NCBI GenBank assembly: GCA_965655625.1
Contig: CBFHHA010000007.1
Location: 11,844-75,843 of the forward strand
DNA: 64,000 nucleotides
Reading direction: 5' to 3'
DNA from: Flavobacteriales bacterium
GTDB taxonomy: Bacteria > Bacteroidota > Bacteroidia > Flavobacteriales_D > CAJJDF01
Below, piece after piece: positions 34,185-44,447 of the stretch. The position numbers were made by a program, and so were the translations under genes. Numbering within the stretch: position 1 is the first letter of the stretch; the number at the start of each line of letters is the position of its first letter. A model generated the notes under the pieces. The model made no database searches, was not told the DNA's origin, and saw nothing but the letters and a program-made list of their open reading frames with translations.

Positions 34185-35876
34185 ATGAAGTACCTTGTTT
34201 ATCTATCTCGAATTATTGTAGGTTCAGTTTTTGTTGTTTCTGGATTAATAAAAGCCAACGACACGTTAGGTTTTTCTTATAAATTGGAAGAGTATTTTTT
34301 GCCCAATGCGCTGGGTTCTTTCTGGACTCTATTTTACGACTATTCATTGCCACTAGCCATAATGGTTTGTGTAGCAGAAGTGGTGTTGGGATTGTCCCTT
34401 ATTTTTGGTACTAAATTCAAACTCACCGTTATCGCTATCACAGGATTTTTGGTGTTTTTTGGATTCTTGACCTATTACACGGCTCAGTGCGATCCTCATG
34501 CAATTATTACTTACACCAATAGTGCCGGGGAGGAAGTTTCAGGAACACCTATGTGTGTGCTTGATTGCGGTTGTTTTGGAGATGCTCTAAAAGGTTCTTT
34601 GGGTCGTTCTTTAACTCCTTGGGAGTCTTTTCAAAAAGACATGGTTTTGCTGTTTTTTACGATTTTCTTGTTCTTTGGATTCAAGTCACAAACCCTGAAT
34701 AACGAGCGAAAAGATAAAATTATGATAGGAGGTTCTTTGCTGTTTACAGCAGGATTTGCAGGTTATGTTTTTGGTTGGTGGATGCCGCTTAGTTTCCTTG
34801 CAATAGCCGCTTTATTATACTTGATAATCAAATGGTTTTATGTAAAAAAAGGTCGAGAATGGATCATTCTTGGGATGCTTATTACGATTTCGAGCGTTTT
34901 TTCCTGGTGCACATTGAATTACCTTCCGGTAAAAGACTACCGCCCTTATGCAGTGGGTAATAATGTTTCAGAATTAATGAAAACATCTGACGATTACCGA
35001 GAAGAATTTAGAAAAGTGTTTTTGAATGAGATAATGGCGGATTTCCAAACTGATATGGAGTCAGATTTTAAGCAATACTTGGAGCAAGACACCCTGTATC
35101 AAAAAGGATTTGATTCAGATTCGGCACAAATAGAATATGAACGGAACATATTTGAAGAAATAAAATTTGGGTACGAATCAGAAGGATATGAAAAAGCAGA
35201 TTCCCTTGCACTAGACTCGATGGAGGCAGCTAAACTATTGCCCCCCGTGTACTACTCGATGTACTACCTCCAGAACAAAGAAACCAAAGAGCGAGACTAC
35301 TTTAAAAGTACCGAATACATGGCCAACAGAATGTGGGAAACATGGGAATATGTGTACGTAATGGTGAACCCACAAACGGGAGAAACGCAAGAAGTAGCAA
35401 AATCTGAATTTGATGAAGAGGAATGGGCAGCCAAAGGATTCGAAAAGAAAAGCTTTGCCTCAGTGATAGAAAAGGAAGGGTATGAGGCCAAAATTCCTGC
35501 AGAATTTAATTTTAATGATCAATCTGCCAACGACCAAATTCAAAGAAGCGACACGTACACGTTTTTGGCAGTGTGTTGGGATTTAGATTTGGCTAATAAA
35601 AAAGGATTGAATAAACTCAATAAATTGAATGCATTCGCTCAAGAAAATGGATACAATTTTATAGCTGCCACTTCTACCATGTCTAAGGTAGATTCTGTGA
35701 TTGCCAATAATGAACTTAATTTTACTTTCATTTCGGGAGACGATAAGGTGTTGAAAACGATTGTTCGGTCTAATCCTGGAGTGATTGTGCTTAAAAATGG
35801 AACTATTTTAGGAAAATGGGGCACCAAAACAATCCCAAACCCTAAAAGAATGAAAAAATACCTTTCGAAATTGTAA
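34185..35876 (+). CDS. DoxX/MauE-like membrane protein with a C-terminal thioredoxin-like region (BT_3928-like) and a long acidic insertion
   Basis: N-terminus MKYLVYLSRIIVGSVFVVSGLIKANDTLGFSYKLEEYF followed by ~6 TM segments. An acidic ~170-aa middle region and a C-terminal YTFLAVCWDL...GKWG region. Confidence 0.5.
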   Translation: MKYLVYLSRIIVGSVFVVSGLIKANDTLGFSYKLEEYFLPNALGSFWTLFYDYSLPLAIMVCVAEVVLGLSLIFGTKFKLTVIAITGFLVFFGFLTYYTAQCDPHAIITYTNSAGEEVSGTPMCVLDCGCFGDALKGSLGRSLTPWESFQKDMVLLFFTIFLFFGFKSQTLNNERKDKIMIGGSLLFTAGFAGYVFGWWMPLSFLAIAALLYLIIKWFYVKKGREWIILGMLITISSVFSWCTLNYLPVKDYRPYAVGNNVSELMKTSDDYREEFRKVFLNEIMADFQTDMESDFKQYLEQDTLYQKGFDSDSAQIEYERNIFEEIKFGYESEGYEKADSLALDSMEAAKLLPPVYYSMYYLQNKETKERDYFKSTEYMANRMWETWEYVYVMVNPQTGETQEVAKSEFDEEEWAAKGFEKKSFASVIEKEGYEAKIPAEFNFNDQSANDQIQRSDTYTFLAVCWDLDLANKKGLNKLNKLNAFAQENGYNFIAATSTMSKVDSVIANNELNFTFISGDDKVLKTIVRSNPGVIVLKNGTILGKWGTKTIPNPKRMKKYLSKL

Positions 35877-35878
35877 TA

Positions 35879-36808
35879 ATGGATGTACAAGGCATCATTG
35901 ACCGAGTTAGGTATTCTGCACCAGTAAATGCAGGGAGAAGAATTCTAAAGAAATTAAGTTTTCCTGGTTTTGAGAAAATGTCATTGTACGATGCACTTAA
36001 GTTTGTGAAAGAAGCTTTTATGAGAAGCGACATTGCCACCAAAAGTGCGGCTATTTCGTTTAAGCTATTTATTGCTTTGTTCCCCGCAGTAATTTTGTTG
36101 CTTTCGCTTATTCCTTTCGTCCCAATAGAAAATTTTCAGGAGGATTTATTGAATAGCATTGCCACTATCCTGCCCGAAAATGTTGAAACTATCATTTTTC
36201 AAACGATAGAGGATTTAATTCTCAAAACACACACAGGTTTTCTTTCGGTTGGTTTTGTGCTAACCATCTATTACGCATCGAGTATCATCAACTCAATTCT
36301 CACCACTTTTTCAAAGTCTTATCAAATAGAAATCACCCGAAATCCATTTAAGCAAAGAGTAATATCTCTTGTGTTGATGATTATTATCACTCTGATGATG
36401 TTAGTTGGTTTTTCCTTGATTCTCTTCAGCGAATCTGCTATTAGCTATTTTCTTTCTACCTATGTATGGGAAAGCGAATGGATTACTTTTGGTTTAAGAT
36501 TAGCTAAATGGGTAGCGGTTTTCTTGTTGTTTGTGCTTTCTATCTCTACCTTATACAATGTAGCTTTGATTCGAAGAAAAGGATGGATGATGCTATCGGC
36601 CGGAGCAACTTGGGCTACGGTTTTCATTATTTTGGCCTCGTTGGGAATGAGTTTTTACATTGATAATTTTGATTCTTACAACAAGCTTTATGGGTCCATT
36701 GGTTCCCTTATTGTTTTTTTAATTTGGATCAATATTTCTTCTACAATCCTTATCATGGGATTCGAGTTGTACGCCAAATCCAATACTTTAATCCATGAAG
36801 ATGAATAG
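35879..36808 (+). CDS. YihY/BrkB-family membrane protein
   Basis: 309 aa with about six TM segments and the family-typical N-terminal AAAISFKLFIALFPAVILLLSL. Confidence 0.65.
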   Translation: MDVQGIIDRVRYSAPVNAGRRILKKLSFPGFEKMSLYDALKFVKEAFMRSDIATKSAAISFKLFIALFPAVILLLSLIPFVPIENFQEDLLNSIATILPENVETIIFQTIEDLILKTHTGFLSVGFVLTIYYASSIINSILTTFSKSYQIEITRNPFKQRVISLVLMIIITLMMLVGFSLILFSESAISYFLSTYVWESEWITFGLRLAKWVAVFLLFVLSISTLYNVALIRRKGWMMLSAGATWATVFIILASLGMSFYIDNFDSYNKLYGSIGSLIVFLIWINISSTILIMGFELYAKSNTLIHEDE

Positions 36809-37310
36809 AAAACTTGTTTTTTTGATAGGATTTATGGGAAGTGGCAAGTCTACTATTGGAAAAAGAATGGCAAAGCAGCTCAACTACCAGTTTATTGATA
36901 CCGATCAGTATATCGAAAAAATGGAAGGCAAAACGATTGCTCAACTTTTTGAAGAAATAGGAGAGAGCGGATTCAGAAAACGAGAAATGGCTGTACTCAA
37001 TGATTTGGAAAGTTTGGAAACGAACCATGTAATTGCTACTGGCGGAGGTATGCCCTGTAGCCAAGCTCGATTGGATAAAATGCTAGAAATGGGCACAGTT
37101 ATCTATTTAGAAATAAATGCCAAAAGTGTTTTACAGAGAGTCTCGCAAGGAAAAAATGTGAGACCTATCCTGTCGGGGTTGACTTCCTCCGCGATGGATG
37201 CGAAAATTCGTGAATTAATGAAAAAGAGATTGCCTTACTATGAGCAAGCAAATCTTACAATCTCAAGTTTAGACGCTAAGAAAATTGATTTTAACACATT
37301 ACTCAATTAA
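36795..37310 (+). CDS. aroK: Shikimate kinase
   Basis: P-loop GFMGSGKSTIGK, DTD motif and ATGGG. Overlaps the yihY-like gene by 14 nt. Confidence 0.9.
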   Translation: MKMNRKLVFLIGFMGSGKSTIGKRMAKQLNYQFIDTDQYIEKMEGKTIAQLFEEIGESGFRKREMAVLNDLESLETNHVIATGGGMPCSQARLDKMLEMGTVIYLEINAKSVLQRVSQGKNVRPILSGLTSSAMDAKIRELMKKRLPYYEQANLTISSLDAKKIDFNTLLN

Positions 37311-37476
37311 GTTTTTCGGCAATTTTTCACCTTAAGGTGACAATACTTCATTTATTATAGAAAATTGATATACAGTATTTTAAATTGATTTCACTTAGTT
37401 TTTTGAATATCATTTTTCATAATCACCACAATTAGAACAATACTTGCACACTTGGTATAAAAAAAACAAGAACAAC

Positions 37477-38280
37477 ATGAAAGTATTAGTGATAGGAGGA
37501 GGGAATATGGGCTTAACCTATGCCGAAGGGATGGCAGATTCGGTGTATTTGAATCGGAGAAAATTGATGATTCAAGACATTGGAGAAGATACTTTGGAAA
37601 AAATCTCGGCAGACAGTAGATTTGAGGCATACAAACAACTGGAAGAGTGTTTGCCTATTGCCAATATTGTGTTTATAGCGGTAAAACCTTACCACTGCGA
37701 GGACTTATTTGCCATAATGAAAGGGATGGTTAATTCCAATCAATTAATAGTGAGTCTTGTGGCTGGGCTCAAAATTGAGACAATTCAGGAACAACTCGGA
37801 ATTAACAAAATTGTGAGAACAATGCCAAATTTGCCAGCCAAGGTAGGAAAAGGAATCACCTCTTTTACAGAATCTGAAGGCGTATCGAGAGTAGAGTTGT
37901 TGATGGTGCGGAACCTGCTAGATACCACAGGAACTTCCATTCACGTATCAAGCGAAAATTTTATAGATAAGTCAACGGGCATTTCCGGATCAGGACCAGC
38001 CTATGTATTTTACTTTTTGCAAAGTATGATGGAGGCAGCTCGCAAAATGGGATTTTCGGAAAATGATTCAAAAGTACTGGTTTCACACACATTTGAAGGT
38101 GCTGTAGAATTGTTTAGTCAAGGAAATATTTCTCCTGCAAAGTGGATGGATAAAGTAGCATTAAAAGGAGGAACTACTCAAGCTGCTTTGGACTCAATGG
38201 AGGACAACAACGTGAACGAATTAATCAAAGAAGCTGCCTATGCGGCTTTTAATAGAGCAGTTGAATTGGGTAACGAATAA
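37477..38280 (+). CDS. proC: Pyrroline-5-carboxylate reductase
   Basis: MKVLVIGGGNMG Rossmann start (ATG 37477 preferred over TTG 37444), plus GSGPAYVFYF and GGTTQAAL motifs. Confidence 0.9.
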   Translation: MKVLVIGGGNMGLTYAEGMADSVYLNRRKLMIQDIGEDTLEKISADSRFEAYKQLEECLPIANIVFIAVKPYHCEDLFAIMKGMVNSNQLIVSLVAGLKIETIQEQLGINKIVRTMPNLPAKVGKGITSFTESEGVSRVELLMVRNLLDTTGTSIHVSSENFIDKSTGISGSGPAYVFYFLQSMMEAARKMGFSENDSKVLVSHTFEGAVELFSQGNISPAKWMDKVALKGGTTQAALDSMEDNNVNELIKEAAYAAFNRAVELGNE

Positions 38281-38398
38281 CAAGCGGTAGCAATCGCTCC
38301 CGATAGTATACCTATTTTGAACTCCTGAAGTTCGTTAGCGAATCAAGAACAGCTGGCAGATGAAAGAATATCTATAATCACTTCCATCTGAAAAAGAA

Positions 38399-40678
38399 TT
38401 ATTCCTGCATCAAATTTTCTTCCAAGAAGGAAGTCATTTTGTTAAATAGGTTTAGTCTAGTTTTTCCGCCATAAATCCCGTGATTTCTGTTTGGATAAAT
38501 AAACATGTCAAATTCTTTGTTCTCTTTTACCAAGGCATTCACCATTTCATAAGTGTTTTGCGGATGCACATTGTCGTCTCCGCCACCATGCACAAGTAAG
38601 AAAGCACCTTTTAGTTTTTCTACGTGATTAATGGGAGAATTGTCGTCATAGCCACTGCCATTTTCTTGAGGAGTTCTCATAAAACGCTCTGTATAAATAT
38701 TGTCGTAATACCTCCAGTTGGTAACAGGAGCAACCGCAATACCAGCTTTAAAATAATCGGCACCTTTTGTCATACAAAGTGAAGCCATATATCCTCCGTA
38801 ACTCCAACCTTGTATTCCAATATTTTTGCTGTCTGCATAAGGTAGACTACCCACGTAGGTTGCTGCACTTATCATGTCTTCTGTTTCCAATTTACCAAGT
38901 TGTTTGTAAGTGGAGTGCTTAAAATCTCTGCCTCTGTACATCGTTCCTCTTGTTTCTATGCACACTACCAAAAATCCTTTTTTTGCCAATAAGTGATGCC
39001 ACATCATGGTGCTTCCTCCCCAAGAATCTTTTACCACGTTGTTTCCTGGACCATTGTATCCTGTCATGAATACTGGGTATTTCCTTCCTGGGTCAAAATC
39101 TGCAGGTTTTATCATCCATGCATTTAGTTTGGTTCCTTCACCATTGTCAAATTGAAAGAATTCTTTGTTTGGTAAGTCATATTTATCCAATCTGTTTTTT
39201 AGAGATTGGTTATCTTCCAAAACTTTAATTTGTTTCCCGTTTGCTTCGTGCAACGAGATAAAAGAAGGGGTGTTAGCGTCCGAATGGTAATTTACGTAGT
39301 ACTTCATTCCTTTGCTAAAAAAGGTAGAATTGTTCCCTTTGCGGGTAGAAAGTTTTTTCTTTCCACTACCGTCTAGATTTACCACATACAATTCTTGTTG
39401 TGTGGCACCATTTTCAGCGGACAAATAATAAATAAGTCCATTTTCCTCATCCATTCCCTGGATTTCAATTACATCCCAATTTCCTTTGGTTATTTGAGTT
39501 TGTTTTCCGTCTAAGGTATTCAGATAAATGTGGTTGTAGCCATCCTTTTCACTCATCCATAAGTAAGTGTTGTTATCGGCAAGGAAAGTCAAATTATCAT
39601 GAATATCGATGTAAGTTTCAGCAGTTTCGGTATAAAACGCTTTGGCTTGCAGTGCTACTTGTTTTTGAGGTAATTCATCCTTGGTGTTCACTTGCAACAA
39701 CTCTAGTTTGTTTTGCAATCTATTGAGTTTTGTAATAGCCAATACCTCAGGTTTTTTGGTCCAATTAATTCTTGGAATGTAATATTCTTCGGTATCATTG
39801 ATTGAAACCGGAACAGATTCTTGTTTCCAAATGTCGTACACAGATACACTAATTTTGGAGTTGTCTTCACCAGCTTTTGGGTACTTAAATCGATATTCCA
39901 TTGGGTACAAAGGTCCGTAGTAATCCAAATGAAACTCTCTTACTTTGCTCTCATCAAAGGTAAGGTAGGCGATTTTTGTTCCGTCTTCGTTCCATTCAAA
40001 TCCTTTGTGGACGGCAAATTCTTCTTCATACACCCAGTCGGTAGCTCCATGAATAATCTCATTCAGTTTTCCCGTTTGCGTTACTGCAAATTCCTTTCTT
40101 GTTTCCAAATTCATAAAAAACAAGTTGTTTTCTCTTACAAAGGCAACGTGAGTTCCAGCCGGAGAAATTTCTGCCAACCTTTGCTTACCTAGCTTTCGGT
40201 CCGAAAGTGGAGTTGTTTTTTTTGTTTTTAAATCGTAAATGTAGTAGTATGATTTGCTCGATCTTCTGTAAATGGATTCCTGATCTGAAGCAATCATTAC
40301 CTTTGTCTCATCCGCATTAAACTGATATTCATCGATAGGTATCGGGTTCCCTTCTTCATCTTTCAAATCCATAAATGTGAAGAGTGTAGCCACTTTTTCA
40401 TAGGTAGCGTAGGAGTATTTATTTACTTCTGGTCCATTTTCTCCATTATCCAACGTTGTAAAATGTTTTCCGTCATTCATTGAGCTTACTCCTCTAACGC
40501 TCTTTCCGTAGAATTCTCCCGAGTACCAAATCAATTCATTAGAAAGTAAGTTAGCCGATGAGGTTTGTGAGTTTCTTGCTTCTGGAGTAGAGACCTGAGA
40601 AGTTTTTTCTATTTGCGTTGTGCTGCAACTTAATGTGCTAATCGAGAAAAGTAGGGCAATAAATAGACTGTTTTTCAT
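38399..40678 (-). CDS. Dipeptidyl-peptidase IV-like serine peptidase (S9B)
   Basis: Signal peptide from ATG 40678 (MKNSLFIALLFSISTLSCS), an N-terminal beta-propeller region, catalytic GWSYGGY and GGGDDNVH. Confidence 0.85.
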   Translation of the reverse strand: MKNSLFIALLFSISTLSCSTTQIEKTSQVSTPEARNSQTSSANLLSNELIWYSGEFYGKSVRGVSSMNDGKHFTTLDNGENGPEVNKYSYATYEKVATLFTFMDLKDEEGNPIPIDEYQFNADETKVMIASDQESIYRRSSKSYYYIYDLKTKKTTPLSDRKLGKQRLAEISPAGTHVAFVRENNLFFMNLETRKEFAVTQTGKLNEIIHGATDWVYEEEFAVHKGFEWNEDGTKIAYLTFDESKVREFHLDYYGPLYPMEYRFKYPKAGEDNSKISVSVYDIWKQESVPVSINDTEEYYIPRINWTKKPEVLAITKLNRLQNKLELLQVNTKDELPQKQVALQAKAFYTETAETYIDIHDNLTFLADNNTYLWMSEKDGYNHIYLNTLDGKQTQITKGNWDVIEIQGMDEENGLIYYLSAENGATQQELYVVNLDGSGKKKLSTRKGNNSTFFSKGMKYYVNYHSDANTPSFISLHEANGKQIKVLEDNQSLKNRLDKYDLPNKEFFQFDNGEGTKLNAWMIKPADFDPGRKYPVFMTGYNGPGNNVVKDSWGGSTMMWHHLLAKKGFLVVCIETRGTMYRGRDFKHSTYKQLGKLETEDMISAATYVGSLPYADSKNIGIQGWSYGGYMASLCMTKGADYFKAGIAVAPVTNWRYYDNIYTERFMRTPQENGSGYDDNSPINHVEKLKGAFLLVHGGGDDNVHPQNTYEMVNALVKENKEFDMFIYPNRNHGIYGGKTRLNLFNKMTSFLEENLMQE

Positions 40679-40770
40679 ATGTGTTATTTTAAAGAAAACG
40701 AATATAATCATTTCTAAAAAAAAAGGACCTTGCTCATTAGAAATTAAAAAGGATAGAGGTTTGTTTCGAA

Positions 40771-40784
40771 ATGATTTTAATCAT
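40771..40784. promoter_or_regulatory. Fur-box-like palindrome upstream of feoAB
   Basis: ATGATT-TT-AATCAT (6-bp arms) lies 52 nt upstream of the feoA start and ~25 nt upstream of a TATATTTG -7-like box at 40809-40816. Confidence 0.3.
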
Positions 40785-40835
40785 GAAAAAAATCGTTCTT
40801 TTTTTATTTATATTTGTTCTAAATAAAAACAAGCA

Positions 40836-41051
40836 GTGAAATTATCAGAGTGTAACACATCCTATAAAGGGGAGATTCTCGAAGTTTTGGAGTCAGATTT
40901 TGACAGTAAACTCATGGAATATGGAATAATTCCAGGTGCCGAATTGGTGGTGCTTAACAAAGCTCCGTTTAATGGACCTATATATGTTTCAATAGGGTCG
41001 CAAAAAATTGCAATAAGAAAAGATGAAGCTTCCTTTATTACCTTGAAATGA
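40836..41051 (+). CDS. feoA: Ferrous iron transport protein A
   Basis: 71-aa SH3-like FeoA pattern (LSECNTSYKGEILEV...GIIPGAELVVLNKAPFNGPIYV). GTG start, with an ATGA overlap with feoB. Confidence 0.8.
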   Translation: MKLSECNTSYKGEILEVLESDFDSKLMEYGIIPGAELVVLNKAPFNGPIYVSIGSQKIAIRKDEASFITLK

Positions 41052-43087
41052 AAAAATTACACGTTGCACTTATAGGAAACCCAAACGTAGGTAAAACTAC
41101 TTTGTTCAATAGATTGTGTGGAGTAAATCAGAAGACTGGAAACTACCCCGGTGTTACTGTTGATAAAAAGTCAGGAAAATTTAAACACCTAGATTTTAAA
41201 ATTGAGGTGACAGATTTGCCGGGCTTTGATAGTATTTATCCAAAATCTATGGATGAGGAGTTGGTGGTGAAATACTTGAAAAATAATTCGGGTAAAAATC
41301 ATATTGATAAGGTGATTTTTGTTGCAGATGGAACGAACATCAAAAAGAATTTGTACCTGTTGTCACAAGTGAAAGATTTGGGGTATGACATAATTCTTGC
41401 GATTAATTTGATAGATATTGCAAAAAGAAAGGGAATTCAAATAGACACTCATTATTTATCTGAGGAATTTGGGATTCATGTAGTCGAGATTTCTGCCAGA
41501 AAGGGAGAAGGAGTTGATGAATTAAAATCTGCCTTGTTGCTAGATTCACCGCAATCTAAAGCAGATGATTTAAAATATTTAAAAGAAGAAAATCACGAGA
41601 TTTTACAATCATTTGTTGAAAAACACAAGGCCAAAAATAAGTATACGGCATTTTTGAGTATCACTCAAGAGAATACTCTGCCAGAGGTAAATGTAAAGAA
41701 ATGGAAATCGGAAGAAGCGATTTTGAGGTATCAGTTTGTGCGCAAAGTACTAGAAGGATCTATCCGTATTGATAAATCTCTTGCCACTGACGCAACTTCC
41801 AAAATTGATTCAGTGTTGATGCACCCGTTAGGCGGATATGCAATTTTTCTTGGTGTATTATTAGTCATTTTTCAATCCGTTTTTTCTTTGGCATCTTACC
41901 CAATGGCGTGGATAGAAAGTTTTTTTAGTTGGTTTCATGATGTAACTCAATCTGCTCTCACTCCGGGTAGTTTTACCAGTTTTATTACCGAAGGATTAAT
42001 TCCAGGAATAGAAGGTGTGGTTATTTTTGTTCCTCAAATTGTGATTTTGTTTTTTTTCTTCGCGATTTTGGACGAAAGTGGTTATATGAACCGTATAATC
42101 TACCTGATGGATAGATTGATGCAAAAAGTAGGAATGAGCGGAAAAAGTGTCGTTCCACTTATTTCGAGTTTTGCCTGTGCAGTTCCAGCCATTATGGCTA
42201 CTCGAACTATCGAAAACAAAAGAGAAAGACTCATTACAATCTTAGTAGCCCCCTTGTTGACTTGTTCTGCACGGCTACCTGTGTATACAATTCTGATTGG
42301 TTTACTGGTTCCAGACACCAAATTATTTGGGTTTATGAGCGTTCAGGCTCTGGTTTTGCTGGCTATGTATTTACTTGGAATTATCACTTCGGTATTGGCA
42401 GCCCTAATTTTTAAGTACATCATTAAAAATGAGTACAGAAGTTTTTTTATTACGGAAATGCCTCGCTACCTTTTGCCCAGCCTTAAAAACGTTGTGTTTA
42501 CAATTTGGGAAAATACAAAAGCATTCATTTGGAATGCGGGAAAGATAATCGTGGCTGCGTCCATTATTTTATATGTTTTGGGAACAAATGGTGGAGATAA
42601 ATTTAGAAATACCGAACAGTTTGTTCAAAACAAATATCCTGAGCTATCCCAGACAGAGCTTGCACCTAAGATTTCTTCCTATGAGTTAGAACATTCTTAT
42701 TTAGGAATGATGGGAAAATCAATAGAGCCCGCAATAATTCCTTTGGGATATGACTGGAAAGTGGGAATCGCTCTTATTAGTTCAATTGCCGCTAGAGAGG
42801 TTTTCGTAGGAACAATGTCCATTATTTATAGCATAGATTCTGAGGAAGATTTATCTATCATGCAAAAGTTGGAAAAAGAGACAAACAGCAATACTGGAAA
42901 GCCTACTTTTAATTTTGCTACCTGTATTTCTCTCCTTTTATTTTATGCCTTTTCCTTGCAATGTATGAGTACAATTGCCGTTACTTATAAAGAAACTAAA
43001 TCCATAAAATGGACTGGAATTCAATTCCTGTACATGACTATTTTAGCTTACCTAGTTTCGTTCGCTGCCTATCAAATTTTAGTATGA
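41048..43087 (+). CDS. feoB: Ferrous iron transporter B
   Basis: N-terminal G-domain GNPNVGKTTLFN and DLPG, with a polytopic C-terminal permease. Confidence 0.95.
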   Translation: MKKLHVALIGNPNVGKTTLFNRLCGVNQKTGNYPGVTVDKKSGKFKHLDFKIEVTDLPGFDSIYPKSMDEELVVKYLKNNSGKNHIDKVIFVADGTNIKKNLYLLSQVKDLGYDIILAINLIDIAKRKGIQIDTHYLSEEFGIHVVEISARKGEGVDELKSALLLDSPQSKADDLKYLKEENHEILQSFVEKHKAKNKYTAFLSITQENTLPEVNVKKWKSEEAILRYQFVRKVLEGSIRIDKSLATDATSKIDSVLMHPLGGYAIFLGVLLVIFQSVFSLASYPMAWIESFFSWFHDVTQSALTPGSFTSFITEGLIPGIEGVVIFVPQIVILFFFFAILDESGYMNRIIYLMDRLMQKVGMSGKSVVPLISSFACAVPAIMATRTIENKRERLITILVAPLLTCSARLPVYTILIGLLVPDTKLFGFMSVQALVLLAMYLLGIITSVLAALIFKYIIKNEYRSFFITEMPRYLLPSLKNVVFTIWENTKAFIWNAGKIIVAASIILYVLGTNGGDKFRNTEQFVQNKYPELSQTELAPKISSYELEHSYLGMMGKSIEPAIIPLGYDWKVGIALISSIAAREVFVGTMSIIYSIDSEEDLSIMQKLEKETNSNTGKPTFNFATCISLLLFYAFSLQCMSTIAVTYKETKSIKWTGIQFLYMTILAYLVSFAAYQILV

Positions 43088-43227
43088 TGCAAGTATTATT
43101 GACCTACACATTATTTACTTTCTCCATATTCTATTTGGTGCGAAAATTCATACTTGCTTTTGTAAAAAAAGAAAAAAATTGTGGTACCGGTTCTTGCGTT
43201 TGTGAAGTGCAAGAGTTGAAGAAATAA
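43084..43227 (+). CDS. FeoB-associated Cys-rich small membrane protein
   Basis: 47 aa, MMQVLLTYTLFTFSIFYLVRKFILAFVKKEKNCGTGSCVCEVQELKK: one TM helix plus a C-terminal CGTGSCVC. Its ATG overlaps the feoB stop (ATGA). Confidence 0.6.
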   Translation: MMQVLLTYTLFTFSIFYLVRKFILAFVKKEKNCGTGSCVCEVQELKK

Positions 43228-43311
43228 TTCTTGTTTGTTTCGTATTTCTACATTTTCTAAAATGAATAAATATCGGTACATTTGAGGAAACAAATAAAAC
43301 CGAAATAAACC

Positions 43312-44379
43312 ATGGCAAAAGTTCATAATTACAGTGCAGGACCTTGTATTTTACCTCAAGAAGTTATCAAAGAAGCGTCAGAGGCAGTCTTAAATTTTGA
43401 CGGATTAGATTTATCCTTGTTGGAAATTTCTCATCGTAGTCCAAACTTTGTTTCAGTAGTAGAGGAGGCAACCGCTTTGGTAAAGGAATTATTGGAAGTA
43501 CCCGAAGGTTATTCAGTTTGTTTTATGCAAGGAGGAGCAAGTTTAGGATTTTTGATTTCTGCCTTCAATATGATTGGTGACAATAAAAAATCGGCTTACC
43601 TCAATACAGGAACTTGGAGTGACAAAGCAATAAAAGAGGCCCATTTTGTGGGAGATGTAGAAGTAATTGCTTCTTCAAAAGAAGAAAACTTTAATCACAT
43701 CCCAAAGGGATATGCAATTCCTTCTGATGCTGATTATTTGCATTACACATCAAACAACACGATTTTTGGAACTCAATTCAAAGAAATTCCAAATTCGCCA
43801 ATTCCTTTGGTATGCGATATGAGTTCAGATATTTTTAGTAAGAAAATCGACATTTCGAAATTTGATTTGATTTATGCCGGGGCTCAAAAAAATATGGGTC
43901 CAGCAGGCGCTACAGTGTACATTGTAAAAGATGAGATTTTTAACAGAAATAGAATCAAGATTCCAACGATGTTAAACATTGAGACTCACGTAAAAAAAGA
44001 ATCGATGTTTAATACACCACCGGTTTTTTCTATCTATGTTTCTATGTTGAATCTTAGGTATTTAAAGAGTATTGGTGGAGTAGAAGCTCAACAAAAGATC
44101 AATGAAGAAAAAGCAGCCTTGCTTTACGGAGAAATTGACAGAAACCCATTGTTTAAGGGGGTGGCTGCAATAGAAGATAGAAGCACAATGAATGTGACGT
44201 TTATTTTAACAGACGAGAGCAAGCAAGCAAAATTTGACGAAATGTGGAAAGCGGCAAACATTAGCGGAATAAAAGGACACAGAAGTGTAGGAGGTTACAG
44301 AGCGTCTATGTACAACGCACTACCTGTATCATCTGTTCAAGTACTGATAGATGTAATGAAAGCATTGGAAACAGCCTAA
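43312..44379 (+). CDS. serC: Phosphoserine aminotransferase
   Basis: 355 aa, NYSAGPCILPQEV start, and the PLP Lys region YAGAQKNMGPAG. Confidence 0.93.
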   Translation: MAKVHNYSAGPCILPQEVIKEASEAVLNFDGLDLSLLEISHRSPNFVSVVEEATALVKELLEVPEGYSVCFMQGGASLGFLISAFNMIGDNKKSAYLNTGTWSDKAIKEAHFVGDVEVIASSKEENFNHIPKGYAIPSDADYLHYTSNNTIFGTQFKEIPNSPIPLVCDMSSDIFSKKIDISKFDLIYAGAQKNMGPAGATVYIVKDEIFNRNRIKIPTMLNIETHVKKESMFNTPPVFSIYVSMLNLRYLKSIGGVEAQQKINEEKAALLYGEIDRNPLFKGVAAIEDRSTMNVTFILTDESKQAKFDEMWKAANISGIKGHRSVGGYRASMYNALPVSSVQVLIDVMKALETA

Positions 44380-44390
44380 TAAAATTTAAT

Positions 44391-44433
44391 AAAAAAAAGA
44401 GCGATAGGACACTAATCCTATCGCTCTTTTTTT
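44391..44433. terminator. Bidirectional rho-independent terminator between serC and the convergent T9SS cargo gene
   Basis: 12-bp stem agagcgatagga/tcctatcgctct, with A8 upstream and T7 downstream. Confidence 0.8.
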
Positions 44434-44447
44434 GATTTAGATTTCGG

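Noticed and set aside
37327-37340. Perfect 14-bp palindrome tcaccttaaggtga after aroK, as a terminator
   Set aside because: It would form only a short stem with essentially no loop, and no U-tract lies on either side. It may be fortuitous or a protein site, and the evidence is insufficient to call.
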